From: Acidimicrobiia bacterium
GTDB lineage: Bacteria; Actinomycetota; Acidimicrobiia; Spongiisociales; SHLN01
NCBI GenBank assembly: GCA_041567895.1
Contig: JBFGAX010000002.1
Location: forward strand, 26,152-90,151
DNA: 64,000 nt
Reading direction: 5' to 3'
Made by a program: the position numbers and the translations under genes. Below are positions 19,356 through 28,480 of the stretch, one piece after another (position 1 is the first letter of the stretch; the number at the start of each line of letters is the position of its first letter). The notes beneath the pieces were generated by a model that searched no databases, was not told the DNA's origin, and saw only the letters and a program-made list of their open reading frames with translations.

Positions 19356-21338
19356 TCAGGACCGGAGATACTCCAGAATGAGGCGCTCTCCTTCTGAGCC
19401 CAGCGAGTTCAAAGCCGCCCAGCTTCCGCCGTTTGATCCACCGTTCAGGTGTTCTCCCCATTGCCATCGTTCGTTGTGACCGAAAACGATCGCAGACACA
19501 CCGGCATTGTGAGCGGCCTGTACGTCGGCGAGAACGCTGCTCGCCGGAACCGGAGAACCCCCGGGTGGCGAGCACCAGCTCGGGCTGATGTTCTCATACC
19601 TGAGTTCCCCGGCATAAACCGGCTTCCAGGTTGACTGGACGACGGACGAGAGTTGTTGATAGGTCGTGTCGGCTCCCTGACAATGGCCGGTTTGGGGAGC
19701 GATGAAGTCGACCCACCATTCGTTGACGAATCGAAGGTGCCCGTCCTGGCCCGGGATGGCAGGCGGGTGGTAACCGACTTCTTGTGTGGCACCTGCCTCC
19801 CGCAGACCCGACACCATATTTGCCCAGATGGCGGGGTCTTCCTTGCTCCCGAAGTTGTCACCGCCCGCCACCCAATGGGCAATCGCGGGATGGTCACCGA
19901 AGAGCTCTCCGAGCTGTTTTCCGAGCGAGTATGAGTTATCTCGATTGAGGGCTCCATTGTTGATGTAACGCTGCGCCCAGATCATGACGAAACCGACCTT
20001 CTGGTCATGCCGTTCTGCGGCATCGAGGATGCCTCGCATGTGCGCGGCATAGCCGGCATCGAGTGCAAACTGCTGGCCCCATCCTCCGGTCGCCACCCAA
20101 TCTCCGTTGACGTTATAGCCATCGATTCCTGTGTTGATGTGATTGAAGTAACCGAGCCACGCTCCCGTGAATCCGGCCTCGGAGAGGTGCCGGAAGTAGG
20201 CATCGGCGTCATCGAGCGTCGCGAACGATGGAAGTTCCCACGCTGTGTCGTAGACCGGAACGACGGTCTGGCCCGCTGAGGAAGCGGGTGTTCGGAAATT
20301 CCGGATCACCGTGGCGGATTTGATGCCTCGATCTCCGATCGCCCACATTTGGAGGCTGTAGTCGATCTCCGGTGCGAGTCCCCAGAGATCCCATGGACCC
20401 TCCTGGTCACCTTCGGGGGTTATGCGGCTGACGAGGGCTGTCCCCTGCCGAACCTCGAGTACGAATCCGCCTCGAGCATCCGCCTGGCTCGTCCACTTGA
20501 CCGTCACATGGTCGACCGACGGATCGATCCATTCGATATTCGGTTGGGAGGGGCGAACCGCGGGGTCAGGACTGTTGCTGGTGTCGCTCTTTGCGATAGT
20601 CCCGGCTACCGCGATTCCCGTCAACGTCGTCTCCCGGATCTCGGTGCTATTGGAGAATTCGAGGTGTATAGCGCCTCCGGACCTATAGACGCCGAGCTGG
20701 TCGGTTCCGTCTCGTTCCCAATCGCCGACAAGGAGTTGATCTCCGGGAACCCCGAAGTTTCTCGTGAGGATCGGGGGAGCGTCGTTGGTTCCGCCGGCGA
20801 TAGCCACCCTGCCGGTCGCTGGATTCCACAACCCGACGGTGTCCGTGCCGTCTCCATCGAAGTCGCCGGCGACAGGTACGCCCGTCGCATCGCTGACGGT
20901 GAAGGAAAGGTCGGCGAAACCCTGGGTATTGGAATTGCGAAGATAAAACCGACTTTGTGACGGGCGAAACACGCCGACCGTATCCACTCCGTCACCGTTC
21001 CAGTCTCCACAGACTGGCGCGTCCTCGGGTATACCAAAGAAGATCTCCTTCTCGGCTACACCCTGGGTATTCGTGTTTCGCAGGTAGAGGAATCCGGAAT
21101 GACGTCGATAGAGCCCAACCGTGTCTTCGCCGTCGCCGTCCCAGTCACACAGCATCGGAGAATCTCCAGGATTTCCGAAGTAGAAGTCCTTGCCATCGTC
21201 GAACCGCCACCGGCCGGTCGACGCGTCGAAGAAGCCGAAACCGAGGCTTTCCTCGGCTGCAGCCTCCGCTGTGGGTATGACGCCGATCAAGGCGATGAGA
21301 GCGCCCGCCATTACAGAACGCCAAGAGAGTTTCAGCAT
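19356..21338 (-). CDS. Secreted multidomain protein: four FG-GAP/VCBS-like repeats + FN3-like + glycoside-hydrolase-like (DUF4038-like) C-terminal domain
   Basis: Signal peptide MLKLSWRSVMAGALIALIGVIPTAEA. Four ~45-aa repeats with DWDGDGxDTVGxYR cores, then a (beta/alpha)8-like C-terminal region. Confidence 0.6.
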   Translation of the reverse strand: MLKLSWRSVMAGALIALIGVIPTAEAAAEESLGFGFFDASTGRWRFDDGKDFYFGNPGDSPMLCDWDGDGEDTVGLYRRHSGFLYLRNTNTQGVAEKEIFFGIPEDAPVCGDWNGDGVDTVGVFRPSQSRFYLRNSNTQGFADLSFTVSDATGVPVAGDFDGDGTDTVGLWNPATGRVAIAGGTNDAPPILTRNFGVPGDQLLVGDWERDGTDQLGVYRSGGAIHLEFSNSTEIRETTLTGIAVAGTIAKSDTSNSPDPAVRPSQPNIEWIDPSVDHVTVKWTSQADARGGFVLEVRQGTALVSRITPEGDQEGPWDLWGLAPEIDYSLQMWAIGDRGIKSATVIRNFRTPASSAGQTVVPVYDTAWELPSFATLDDADAYFRHLSEAGFTGAWLGYFNHINTGIDGYNVNGDWVATGGWGQQFALDAGYAAHMRGILDAAERHDQKVGFVMIWAQRYINNGALNRDNSYSLGKQLGELFGDHPAIAHWVAGGDNFGSKEDPAIWANMVSGLREAGATQEVGYHPPAIPGQDGHLRFVNEWWVDFIAPQTGHCQGADTTYQQLSSVVQSTWKPVYAGELRYENISPSWCSPPGGSPVPASSVLADVQAAHNAGVSAIVFGHNERWQWGEHLNGGSNGGSWAALNSLGSEGERLILEYLRS

Positions 21339-21568
21339 GAATTGGTTCCCTGGTGCCAGCCGCCGGGAAGTGTACACCCTGAGTAACGGATTCGCCACTG
21401 AAAGTGTTCGACGTCTCTGTTGTCGGGGGGGTCGGTGCTCACACGGGTTGAGCGCCTAGCCTGACCTCCAATTGGAGGCGTCCGAGCGCCTGGTGGGCTC
21501 CTCGGTCTTCAAAACCGATGAAGGGTTCTATGAGCCCTTGGCGGGTTCGATTCCCGTCCGCCTCCGCT

Positions 21569-22831
21569 ATGGAAGAACAATTGACCCCTTTGGAAGATGC
21601 GCAGCTGCAGGTGTTTGCGTCGCTTCCGCGGCTGGATTCCGAATCGGTCCCCCTCGCGGCTGCTAACGGGAGGGTGAGCACGGGCAGTGTCGTCACGCCC
21701 GAGGCGATACCGCCCTTCAGGAACTCGGCAATGGATGGGTATGCCGTGATCGCAAAGGATCTCGCGGACGCCCCTGTTTCACTCGAGGTCATCGCAGGCG
21801 TGGCGGCCGGCAACGTAACGGCGGTCGATATACGTCCCGGCACTGCGATCAAAATCATGACGGGTGCTCCCGTCCCGGACGGCGCCGACTCGGTGGTGCC
21901 GGTCGAGCTCACCTCGGTCGATGCCGGTCGGGTCATTATTCATGAGGCCGTCGCGTCCGGCAATGCGATCCGGCAAGCCGGCAGTGACCTGTCGCTCGGA
22001 ACCACCGTTCTGCAGCCGGGTGTCATGCTCACGCCATATCACCTCGGGGTTCTGGCATCCATCGGCCACACCGATGTTGTCGTATCGAGGCTCCCTACCG
22101 TGGCGATCATGTCGACCGGCAACGAAGTGATGTCGCCGCAGACCCGCGAGCTCGAACCGGGTCAGATTCGTGACAGCAACCGGACGGTGATGAGGGCCCT
22201 GCTCGAAGATCTCGGTGTCGACATTGTCGACTTTGGAATTCTCGCTGACGATCGCGACATTGTGGGACGCACACTCGCCAAAGCGGCCGCCGAAGCGGAC
22301 GTCGTGGTCACGTCCGGGGGAGTGTCCATGGGGGAATTCGACTACGTCCGAGACGTCATGGCCGAGCTCGGCGCAGCCACGTCATGGAAAGTAGCGATGC
22401 AGCCTGCCAAGCCTTTCACGTTCGGAACAATCGACGGAACACCCGCGTTCGGGTTGCCGGGCAATCCGGTTTCGGTCTCGGTAGCGTTCGAGCAATTCCT
22501 GCGGCCTGGTCTTCTCAGCATGATGGGCGCCGATCGCATATTCCGACCGCGAGTTCTCGCTGTCGCCGGCACAGCCTTCACAACTGCAGTTGCCAAGACC
22601 GTGTTCTTGCGGGTCAGCCTCCGGCAAGAAGAAGGACGGCTCATGGCATCATTGTCCGGCGGTCAAAGCTCGCATCAGCTGGGGGCATTGGCCGATGCTG
22701 ACGGTTTTGCGGTTGTCGAACGGGGCGTCGATGTGGTCCCGGAAGGTGCTCATGTCTGGGTGGAGCTGCACCGGGCACCTGCCCAGGTGACGTTGGCAGA
22801 TCGCTGTCACCCCGACAATCACACTGGCTAG
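21569..22831 (+). CDS. moeA: Molybdopterin molybdotransferase MoeA
   Basis: MoeA N-terminal and MoCF-biosynthesis domain motifs (PPFRNSAMDGYAV, GGVSMGEFD, GLPGNPVS). ATG 21569 chosen; ORF opens at 21518. Confidence 0.85.
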   Translation: MEEQLTPLEDAQLQVFASLPRLDSESVPLAAANGRVSTGSVVTPEAIPPFRNSAMDGYAVIAKDLADAPVSLEVIAGVAAGNVTAVDIRPGTAIKIMTGAPVPDGADSVVPVELTSVDAGRVIIHEAVASGNAIRQAGSDLSLGTTVLQPGVMLTPYHLGVLASIGHTDVVVSRLPTVAIMSTGNEVMSPQTRELEPGQIRDSNRTVMRALLEDLGVDIVDFGILADDRDIVGRTLAKAAAEADVVVTSGGVSMGEFDYVRDVMAELGAATSWKVAMQPAKPFTFGTIDGTPAFGLPGNPVSVSVAFEQFLRPGLLSMMGADRIFRPRVLAVAGTAFTTAVAKTVFLRVSLRQEEGRLMASLSGGQSSHQLGALADADGFAVVERGVDVVPEGAHVWVELHRAPAQVTLADRCHPDNHTG

Positions 22832-22840
22832 CCTGCTGCT

Positions 22841-23506
22841 ATGGATTTCGGGGAAATGATCGGCGCCGGTCGTCGGGCCATGGGTTTCTCGCAGGATGAG
22901 CTCGCCGAGGTGCTCGATCGCGAACCGTCCGACGTCGCCGTTTGGGAGGCGGGACTGGAGGTTCCAAGCAGTCCGACGACTGTGATGGAGTTGGCGGCCG
23001 CTCTCAAAATCGATGCTGACGACCTCATGGAAGCGGCGGTGCGTGCAGACCTGCCGGACACGCTTGCCGATGGTCCGGATTCTGACCCTGAGGATGACGA
23101 AGGCGACAATGACACCGTGGCGGGTCCTATCGATGCGGACGTTCGGTTGGGTGACGACATCGACGACGCCGACGACATCGACGACGACATCGACGACGAC
23201 ATCGACGACGACTACGACGCCGGCGGTGACGAACGGCAAGAGAGCGCGCTCAGCCGGCTGGGCGGCAGAGTGATGACCAGAACCGCACCGCCTTCGCCGA
23301 GCCAGGTTGCCGTGGCCCGTGCCCAGATGCCGGCCCCACCGCCGAGCTACATGGACGACGCTCAACTGATGCGGCTGTATCGACTCCGATTGATAGCCAC
23401 CGCGGTTGTCGGCATCGTGATGCTCTGGCTGTTCTTCTGGGCGCTTGGCAACATGCTCGATGCGATTGGGGTTCTCTGGGGTTCGCTGCGACCTGGCGGT
23501 TCCTGA
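22841..23506 (+). CDS. XRE-family HTH protein with acidic repeat region and C-terminal TM anchor
   Basis: N-terminal HTH_XRE (GFSQDELAEVL), poly-acidic (DDID)n tract, C-terminal hydrophobic helix LIATAVVGIVMLWLFFWALG. Confidence 0.6.
   Translation: MDFGEMIGAGRRAMGFSQDELAEVLDREPSDVAVWEAGLEVPSSPTTVMELAAALKIDADDLMEAAVRADLPDTLADGPDSDPEDDEGDNDTVAGPIDADVRLGDDIDDADDIDDDIDDDIDDDYDAGGDERQESALSRLGGRVMTRTAPPSPSQVAVARAQMPAPPPSYMDDAQLMRLYRLRLIATAVVGIVMLWLFFWALGNMLDAIGVLWGSLRPGGS
23153..23218 (+). repeat. In-frame tandem 12-nt repeat (gacgacatcgac)n encoding (DDID)n
   Basis: About 5 imperfect copies visible directly at nucleotide level inside CDS 22841-23506. Confidence 0.7.
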
Positions 23507-23514
23507 CCGACGCT

Positions 23515-24252
23515 TCACAAATCGAGGAGCGCCCTTCCGATCAACGAGACGGCGGCCAGGCTGGACATCACGAGGACTGGAGTGCGAAGACCGCGACGAT
23601 CTATCTTCGATCGGGCCGGCCCGGCGATGGAGAAACCGAGGAACATTGGTGGCAGCATCGAGAGGCCGATGACGAGATCGCTGGTTCCGAATTCCCCTCC
23701 GAGTAATCGGAGCCCAATGCTGATGAGTGCGCCGATCAAAAAGACCATCCCGAGCTGAGATCTCGTCGTTTTTCCGGTTTCGTCTCTATACAGAAGAATG
23801 AGGGGCGGTCCACCGATCGACGATACGATGCTCGTGAATCCGGATGCGAAGCCAGCGAGACTCTCTGTTACGGGTGTCCGAACGATCGTGATATTGGTCG
23901 AGAGGATCGCAACGGCCAGCAGCACGATCACGCCGATCGAGATGTCTAGCCAGAATGCGGTTGCGAGACCGATCACCGCCAACCCGGCCAGGCCACCGAC
24001 CGGTCTGCCGGCCAGTACGTACGCCACATCTTTGAGTTCCCCAAGGCGACCCCGCTCTCTGATCACCGTGGCCGCCGATAGCACAGCCGTGATCACGAGT
24101 TGAGGATTAGGTGCCAGATCCGGGTGGATCAAGCTCATCAACGGCACTGCGAGGATGTTGAACCCGAAGCCGATGGTCGCCTGAGTGAGCGCGGCGATCG
24201 CCACGACAATCCAGGCGAGCGTCAGCGCCCAGACCGGGATTTCGGCGATCAT
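23515..24252 (-). CDS. TSUP-family sulfite/anion exporter (TauE/SafE)
   Basis: 245-aa protein with ~8 TM helices and typical TauE two-halves glycine-rich pattern. Confidence 0.7.
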   Translation of the reverse strand: MIAEIPVWALTLAWIVVAIAALTQATIGFGFNILAVPLMSLIHPDLAPNPQLVITAVLSAATVIRERGRLGELKDVAYVLAGRPVGGLAGLAVIGLATAFWLDISIGVIVLLAVAILSTNITIVRTPVTESLAGFASGFTSIVSSIGGPPLILLYRDETGKTTRSQLGMVFLIGALISIGLRLLGGEFGTSDLVIGLSMLPPMFLGFSIAGPARSKIDRRGLRTPVLVMSSLAAVSLIGRALLDL

Positions 24253-24382
24253 TTGGAGGTTTCTGTTTCACGACGCGGGCCTGAATTGCCACCCGGACCC
24301 ACGCCAGACACCGTAATTTCACTAGGGATTTGGGCAGTAGGTAGCATCGTCACAGACCAGAGCCAGAGGTGCAGGTATTCGG

Positions 24383-25462
24383 GTGAAGCGTAGGTTCCAA
24401 CAAATTGATCGGATGAACCCGTCCCCGTCTCTTGCGCGCCCTTCTATGTTGATGCGACTCGCACCACTTGGCCTCCTCGTGGTTCTCTTGCTCTCGTCGT
24501 GCTCCGACAATTTGCCGCGCAGCACGCTCAACCCTGTTGGGGAGAACGCTCAAACCATCGACGACCTTTTCCGGCTGACCCTTGCCATTGCTGCCGTGTT
24601 TTTCGTGGGAGTAAACGGTGCCGTGGTCTATGCGGCCATTCGGTATCGGGCTCGCAAGAACGATGACACCGAGCCAAAGCAGATCCATGGCAATGACACG
24701 CTTGAAATCACGTGGACGGTCATCCCGGCGCTGATCCTGGCGGTGATCGCGGTGCCGACGGTACGCACCATTTTCGAACTCGCAGAAGAGCCACCTAACG
24801 CTCTGCAGGTAGAGGTGATCGGGCACCAGTGGTGGTGGGAGTATCGGTATCCCGAGCTCGGTGTTGTCACAGCCAACGAGCTATGGATCCCCACCGACCA
24901 GCCCGTCTTCTTGTCCATGACGACCGACGACGAAGACGTCATTCACTCGTTCTGGATTCCGAACCTGAATGGCAAGCGTGACGTGGTCCCGGGACGCGTG
25001 AATACCCTGACCATCTCGGCGCCTGAACCAGGTGTGTACCTCGGCCAGTGTGCTGAGTTCTGTGGCCTTTCTCATGCGCGGATGCGGATGACGGTACATG
25101 CTGCCGAACCGGCTGATTTCGATGCATGGGTCGATCAGCAGCTGGCACCTGGCGACGTGGACGAGGACAGTGCAGGGTGGGGTCTTTTTCTGGACAAAGG
25201 TTGTTCTGCCTGTCACGCCATCGGTGGGACGATTGCCCAAGGCGGTGGACTGAATCCGGGACCCGACCTCACCCATATTGGAAGCAGGAGTACCTTCGCC
25301 GGCGCGAGTTTTGAACTCACCACGGAGAACCTGAAGGCCTGGCTTCGAAACCCGTCCGACCTCAAACCGATGGAGCCCGATTCCAACCGTGGTATGCCGA
25401 ACCTCGGCCTCAACGAAGACGAGATTGACACCCTGGTCGCGTTTCTGCAAGATCTGAAGTAG
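24383..25462 (+). CDS. ctaC: Cytochrome c oxidase subunit II with fused C-terminal cytochrome c domain (caa3-type)
   Basis: CuA ligands (H..CAEFCG..H..M); C-terminal CSACH heme-c motif; lipoprotein-type signal (LLSSC). Alternative start at 24446. Confidence 0.85.
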   Translation: MKRRFQQIDRMNPSPSLARPSMLMRLAPLGLLVVLLLSSCSDNLPRSTLNPVGENAQTIDDLFRLTLAIAAVFFVGVNGAVVYAAIRYRARKNDDTEPKQIHGNDTLEITWTVIPALILAVIAVPTVRTIFELAEEPPNALQVEVIGHQWWWEYRYPELGVVTANELWIPTDQPVFLSMTTDDEDVIHSFWIPNLNGKRDVVPGRVNTLTISAPEPGVYLGQCAEFCGLSHARMRMTVHAAEPADFDAWVDQQLAPGDVDEDSAGWGLFLDKGCSACHAIGGTIAQGGGLNPGPDLTHIGSRSTFAGASFELTTENLKAWLRNPSDLKPMEPDSNRGMPNLGLNEDEIDTLVAFLQDLK

Positions 25463-25470
25463 GAGAGACA

Positions 25471-27570
25471 ATGGCGACACTCACACCAGAGGTACTTGAC
25501 ACACAAGAGCCGGGTTCGCACGAGGCTACCGGCGGTTTGTGGAGCTGGATCACGACGGTCGACCACAAGCGGATTGGCTTGATGTACGGCGCAACGGCAA
25601 TGTTTTTCTTCTTGCTCGGCGGGATCGAGGCGCTCTTCATTCGCCTGCAATTGGCTGTCCCCGACGGAACCGTGTTGACATCTGACCAATACAACCAACT
25701 GTTCACCATGCATGGGACAACCATGGTGTTCCTGGTGATCATGCCGCTGGCTGCGGCGTTCGGCAACTACTTGCTGCCGTTGATGATTGGCGCCAGGGAC
25801 GTGGCGTTCCCACGAATGAATGCGATGAGTTACTGGGTTTTCTTGTTCGGCGGCATCTTCTTGTCGAGCTCCTTCTTTCTGGGAGGCTTTCCCGATGGTG
25901 GCTGGTTCGGATACGCGCCGTTGTCGACGCAATCCGAAGTCATACGCATGGATTTCTGGGCGATCGGCCTGCTCATACTGGGAATCGCCTCTCTCGCCGG
26001 TGCAGTCAACTTCACAACGACGATCTTCACGATGCGCGCCCCTGGCATGTCCATGTTCAAGATGCCGGTGTTCGTCTGGATGCAGCTGGTCGTTGCGTTC
26101 TTGCTTCTGTTCTCGCTCCCGGTGATCACCGTTGCTCTGTTCGAGGTGCTCTTCGACCGCAACTTCGGGACTCTGTTCTTCGACCCGGCCGCCGGCGGCG
26201 ATCCCATTCTGTACCAACACCTGTTCTGGCTGTTCGGGCATCCCGAGGTGTACATCCTGATTCTTCCTTCGATGGGGATCGTTTCAGAGGTGTTGCCCGT
26301 GTTCAGCCGCAAGCCTCTGTTTGGCTATCAGTTCGTGGTGTTTGCCGGTGCCGCCATTGCGCTTCTGGGCTTTGGCGTCTGGTCTCACCACATGTTTACG
26401 AGCGGCCTCGGTCCTGTCGCCGAATCGGCTTTCTCGTTGACGACGATGTTCATCGCGGTCCCGACGGGGATCAAAATCTTCAACTGGATCGGTACGACGT
26501 GGGGCGGCAAGATCAGTTTGAAAACGCCGATGTTGTTTTCGCTCGGATTCATCGCGATGTTCACCATCGGCGGTCTCTCGGGTGTGACGCACTCGGTTGT
26601 TCCAGCCGACACTCAGCAGACCGATACCTATTACGTCGTGGCTCACTTCCACTACGTTCTTTTCGGTGGAGCGATGTTCGGCATCTTCGCCGGCATCTAT
26701 TACTGGTGGCCCAAGATCAGTGGGCGATATCTCAGCGAGACGCTCGGCAAGTGGCATTTCTGGCTGATGTTGCTCGGATTCAATCTCACGTTTGCACCCC
26801 AGCACTGGTTGGGGCTCCAGGGTATGGCGAGGCGAACGGCCGTCTATCCCCCCGATATCGGACTCGATGCGCTCAATATGGTTTCCACGATCGGGGCCTT
26901 CACCATTGCGGTGTCGATGCTGCCGTTCCTCTACGCGATGGTCGTGAATTCGCGCAAAGGAACACCTGCTCCGGCGGACGCCTGGGATGGGAGAACGCTC
27001 GAATGGTCCATTTCGTCACCGCCGCCGCACCACAATTTTCACGAGGTGCCGAACGTCGAAGCGATCGATGACTTCTGGCATCGTAAATACGGTGAGGACG
27101 AGGAGGGACGGGCCGTGAGGGTCAAGACTTTCCCCGAGCCCTCTCGCTACACCGACGAGTACATCCATCTTCCGTCGCCTTCGTATTACCCGATCATGCT
27201 CGCTGCGGGCCTGGTGTTGATGGCTTACGGCTTCGTCTTCGCCCCCCTCGGCATCCCGCTGTTCGTGATCGGTGCCCTGATGCTGTTCGGCGGAGCCTTC
27301 GGATGGGCGCAGGAAGATCCCGACCATCCGATGGGCGATCACGACGATCACCACGGCGAGGTTCACGACGACGAAGGAACGGGTGAGGAATTGGCCCTGG
27401 ACGATAGCGACGCACGGACTGACGCAATCACGTCAGACAACGTGGAGCCAGACAACATGGAGCTTGACAAGGTGGGCTCCGACGATGTGGAGGCAGACGA
27501 TCTGGAGTCGAGCGACGTCAATCAAGTTGAAGTCGAGTCAGCAGAAGAGGCCGGAGGTGACGACGTCTGA
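25471..27570 (+). CDS. ctaD: Cytochrome c oxidase subunit I with ~130-aa C-terminal extension
   Basis: Canonical subunit I helices and His ligands through ~aa 560, then an extra predicted TM segment and a His/Asp/Glu-rich tail. Confidence 0.9.
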   Translation: MATLTPEVLDTQEPGSHEATGGLWSWITTVDHKRIGLMYGATAMFFFLLGGIEALFIRLQLAVPDGTVLTSDQYNQLFTMHGTTMVFLVIMPLAAAFGNYLLPLMIGARDVAFPRMNAMSYWVFLFGGIFLSSSFFLGGFPDGGWFGYAPLSTQSEVIRMDFWAIGLLILGIASLAGAVNFTTTIFTMRAPGMSMFKMPVFVWMQLVVAFLLLFSLPVITVALFEVLFDRNFGTLFFDPAAGGDPILYQHLFWLFGHPEVYILILPSMGIVSEVLPVFSRKPLFGYQFVVFAGAAIALLGFGVWSHHMFTSGLGPVAESAFSLTTMFIAVPTGIKIFNWIGTTWGGKISLKTPMLFSLGFIAMFTIGGLSGVTHSVVPADTQQTDTYYVVAHFHYVLFGGAMFGIFAGIYYWWPKISGRYLSETLGKWHFWLMLLGFNLTFAPQHWLGLQGMARRTAVYPPDIGLDALNMVSTIGAFTIAVSMLPFLYAMVVNSRKGTPAPADAWDGRTLEWSISSPPPHHNFHEVPNVEAIDDFWHRKYGEDEEGRAVRVKTFPEPSRYTDEYIHLPSPSYYPIMLAAGLVLMAYGFVFAPLGIPLFVIGALMLFGGAFGWAQEDPDHPMGDHDDHHGEVHDDEGTGEELALDDSDARTDAITSDNVEPDNMELDKVGSDDVEADDLESSDVNQVEVESAEEAGGDDV

Positions 27571-28160
27571 TGGCTTCCGAAACGGCAGTGCATGGGCCGA
27601 TCGGCACAGATGGCGCAGACATCCGCAAGACGGCAATGTGGGCGTTTCTCGGATCCGAGTGCTTGTTTTTCGGTTCCTTCATCGCAACGTTTCTGCTCTA
27701 TAGCGATGAAACCAACGGAGGCCCTGGAACCGAGCTGTTTGATATTCCCTTCACCTCGGTCAGCTCATTTGTTCTCTTGATGAGCTCGTTGACGATGGTG
27801 CTGGCCCACAACGCCTACGAGCGTGAAGACAAACGACAAATGCAAATCTGGTTGACGGCCACAGCTTTGCTCGGCACGGTGTTTCTCGGTGGCCAGGTCT
27901 TCGAGTTCACCACGTTTTATGCCGAAGGATTGCGTATGGACATCTCACCATTCGGTTCAGCTTTTTTCGTGTTGACCGGATTCCACGGGGCTCACGTCGC
28001 GGTCGGCGTGATCATGCTCACCTCGATGGTCATCCTGTCTCGCAGGGGGAATCTGCATGCGCACAGAGGCATGAACGTTGAGCTCGTCGGACTGTATTGG
28101 CACTTTGTCGATATCGTCTGGATCGTCATCTTCACAGTCGTCTATCTGTTGCAGGTGTGA
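27570..28160 (+). CDS. ctaE: Cytochrome c oxidase subunit III
   Basis: 196 aa, 5 TM, conserved FFVLTGFHGAHVAVG motif; start overlaps the ctaD stop (ATGA). Confidence 0.85.
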   Translation: MASETAVHGPIGTDGADIRKTAMWAFLGSECLFFGSFIATFLLYSDETNGGPGTELFDIPFTSVSSFVLLMSSLTMVLAHNAYEREDKRQMQIWLTATALLGTVFLGGQVFEFTTFYAEGLRMDISPFGSAFFVLTGFHGAHVAVGVIMLTSMVILSRRGNLHAHRGMNVELVGLYWHFVDIVWIVIFTVVYLLQV

Positions 28161-28165
28161 CGGAC

Positions 28166-28480
28166 ATGTCGACAGCAGAAACCACTACTTCCACGAGAGA
28201 GCATCCAACCGAAAAGCGCTACTGGCTGATCGCGTTGTTTCTCGGAATTGTCACGGCTATCGAAATCGCGATTGCCTACATCCCGGACTTGAACCGTACC
28301 GTGCTCACGGTCGGTTTGATCGGGCTCGGCATTTTGAAGTTCGGCGTGGTTGTCGGATGGTTCATGCATTTGCGATTCGAGAACAAGACCATGAATCGCC
28401 TCTTTGCGATCGGTCTGATACTTGCGCTGAGCCTGTTTTTTGTCGTGCTGGCGACGTTTAGCGGGATTCTCGCCTCTTAG
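28166..28480 (+). CDS. ctaF: Cytochrome c oxidase subunit IV (bacterial caa3 type)
   Basis: 104-aa 3-TM protein immediately downstream of ctaE; sequence pattern of prokaryotic CoxD. Confidence 0.6.
   Translation: MSTAETTTSTREHPTEKRYWLIALFLGIVTAIEIAIAYIPDLNRTVLTVGLIGLGILKFGVVVGWFMHLRFENKTMNRLFAIGLILALSLFFVVLATFSGILAS

Noticed and set aside
25213-26241. 342-aa minus-strand ORF antisense to ctaC/ctaD
   Set aside because: Antisense shadow of strongly conserved cytochrome oxidase genes; composition is E/R/Q/H-rich and non-protein-like.
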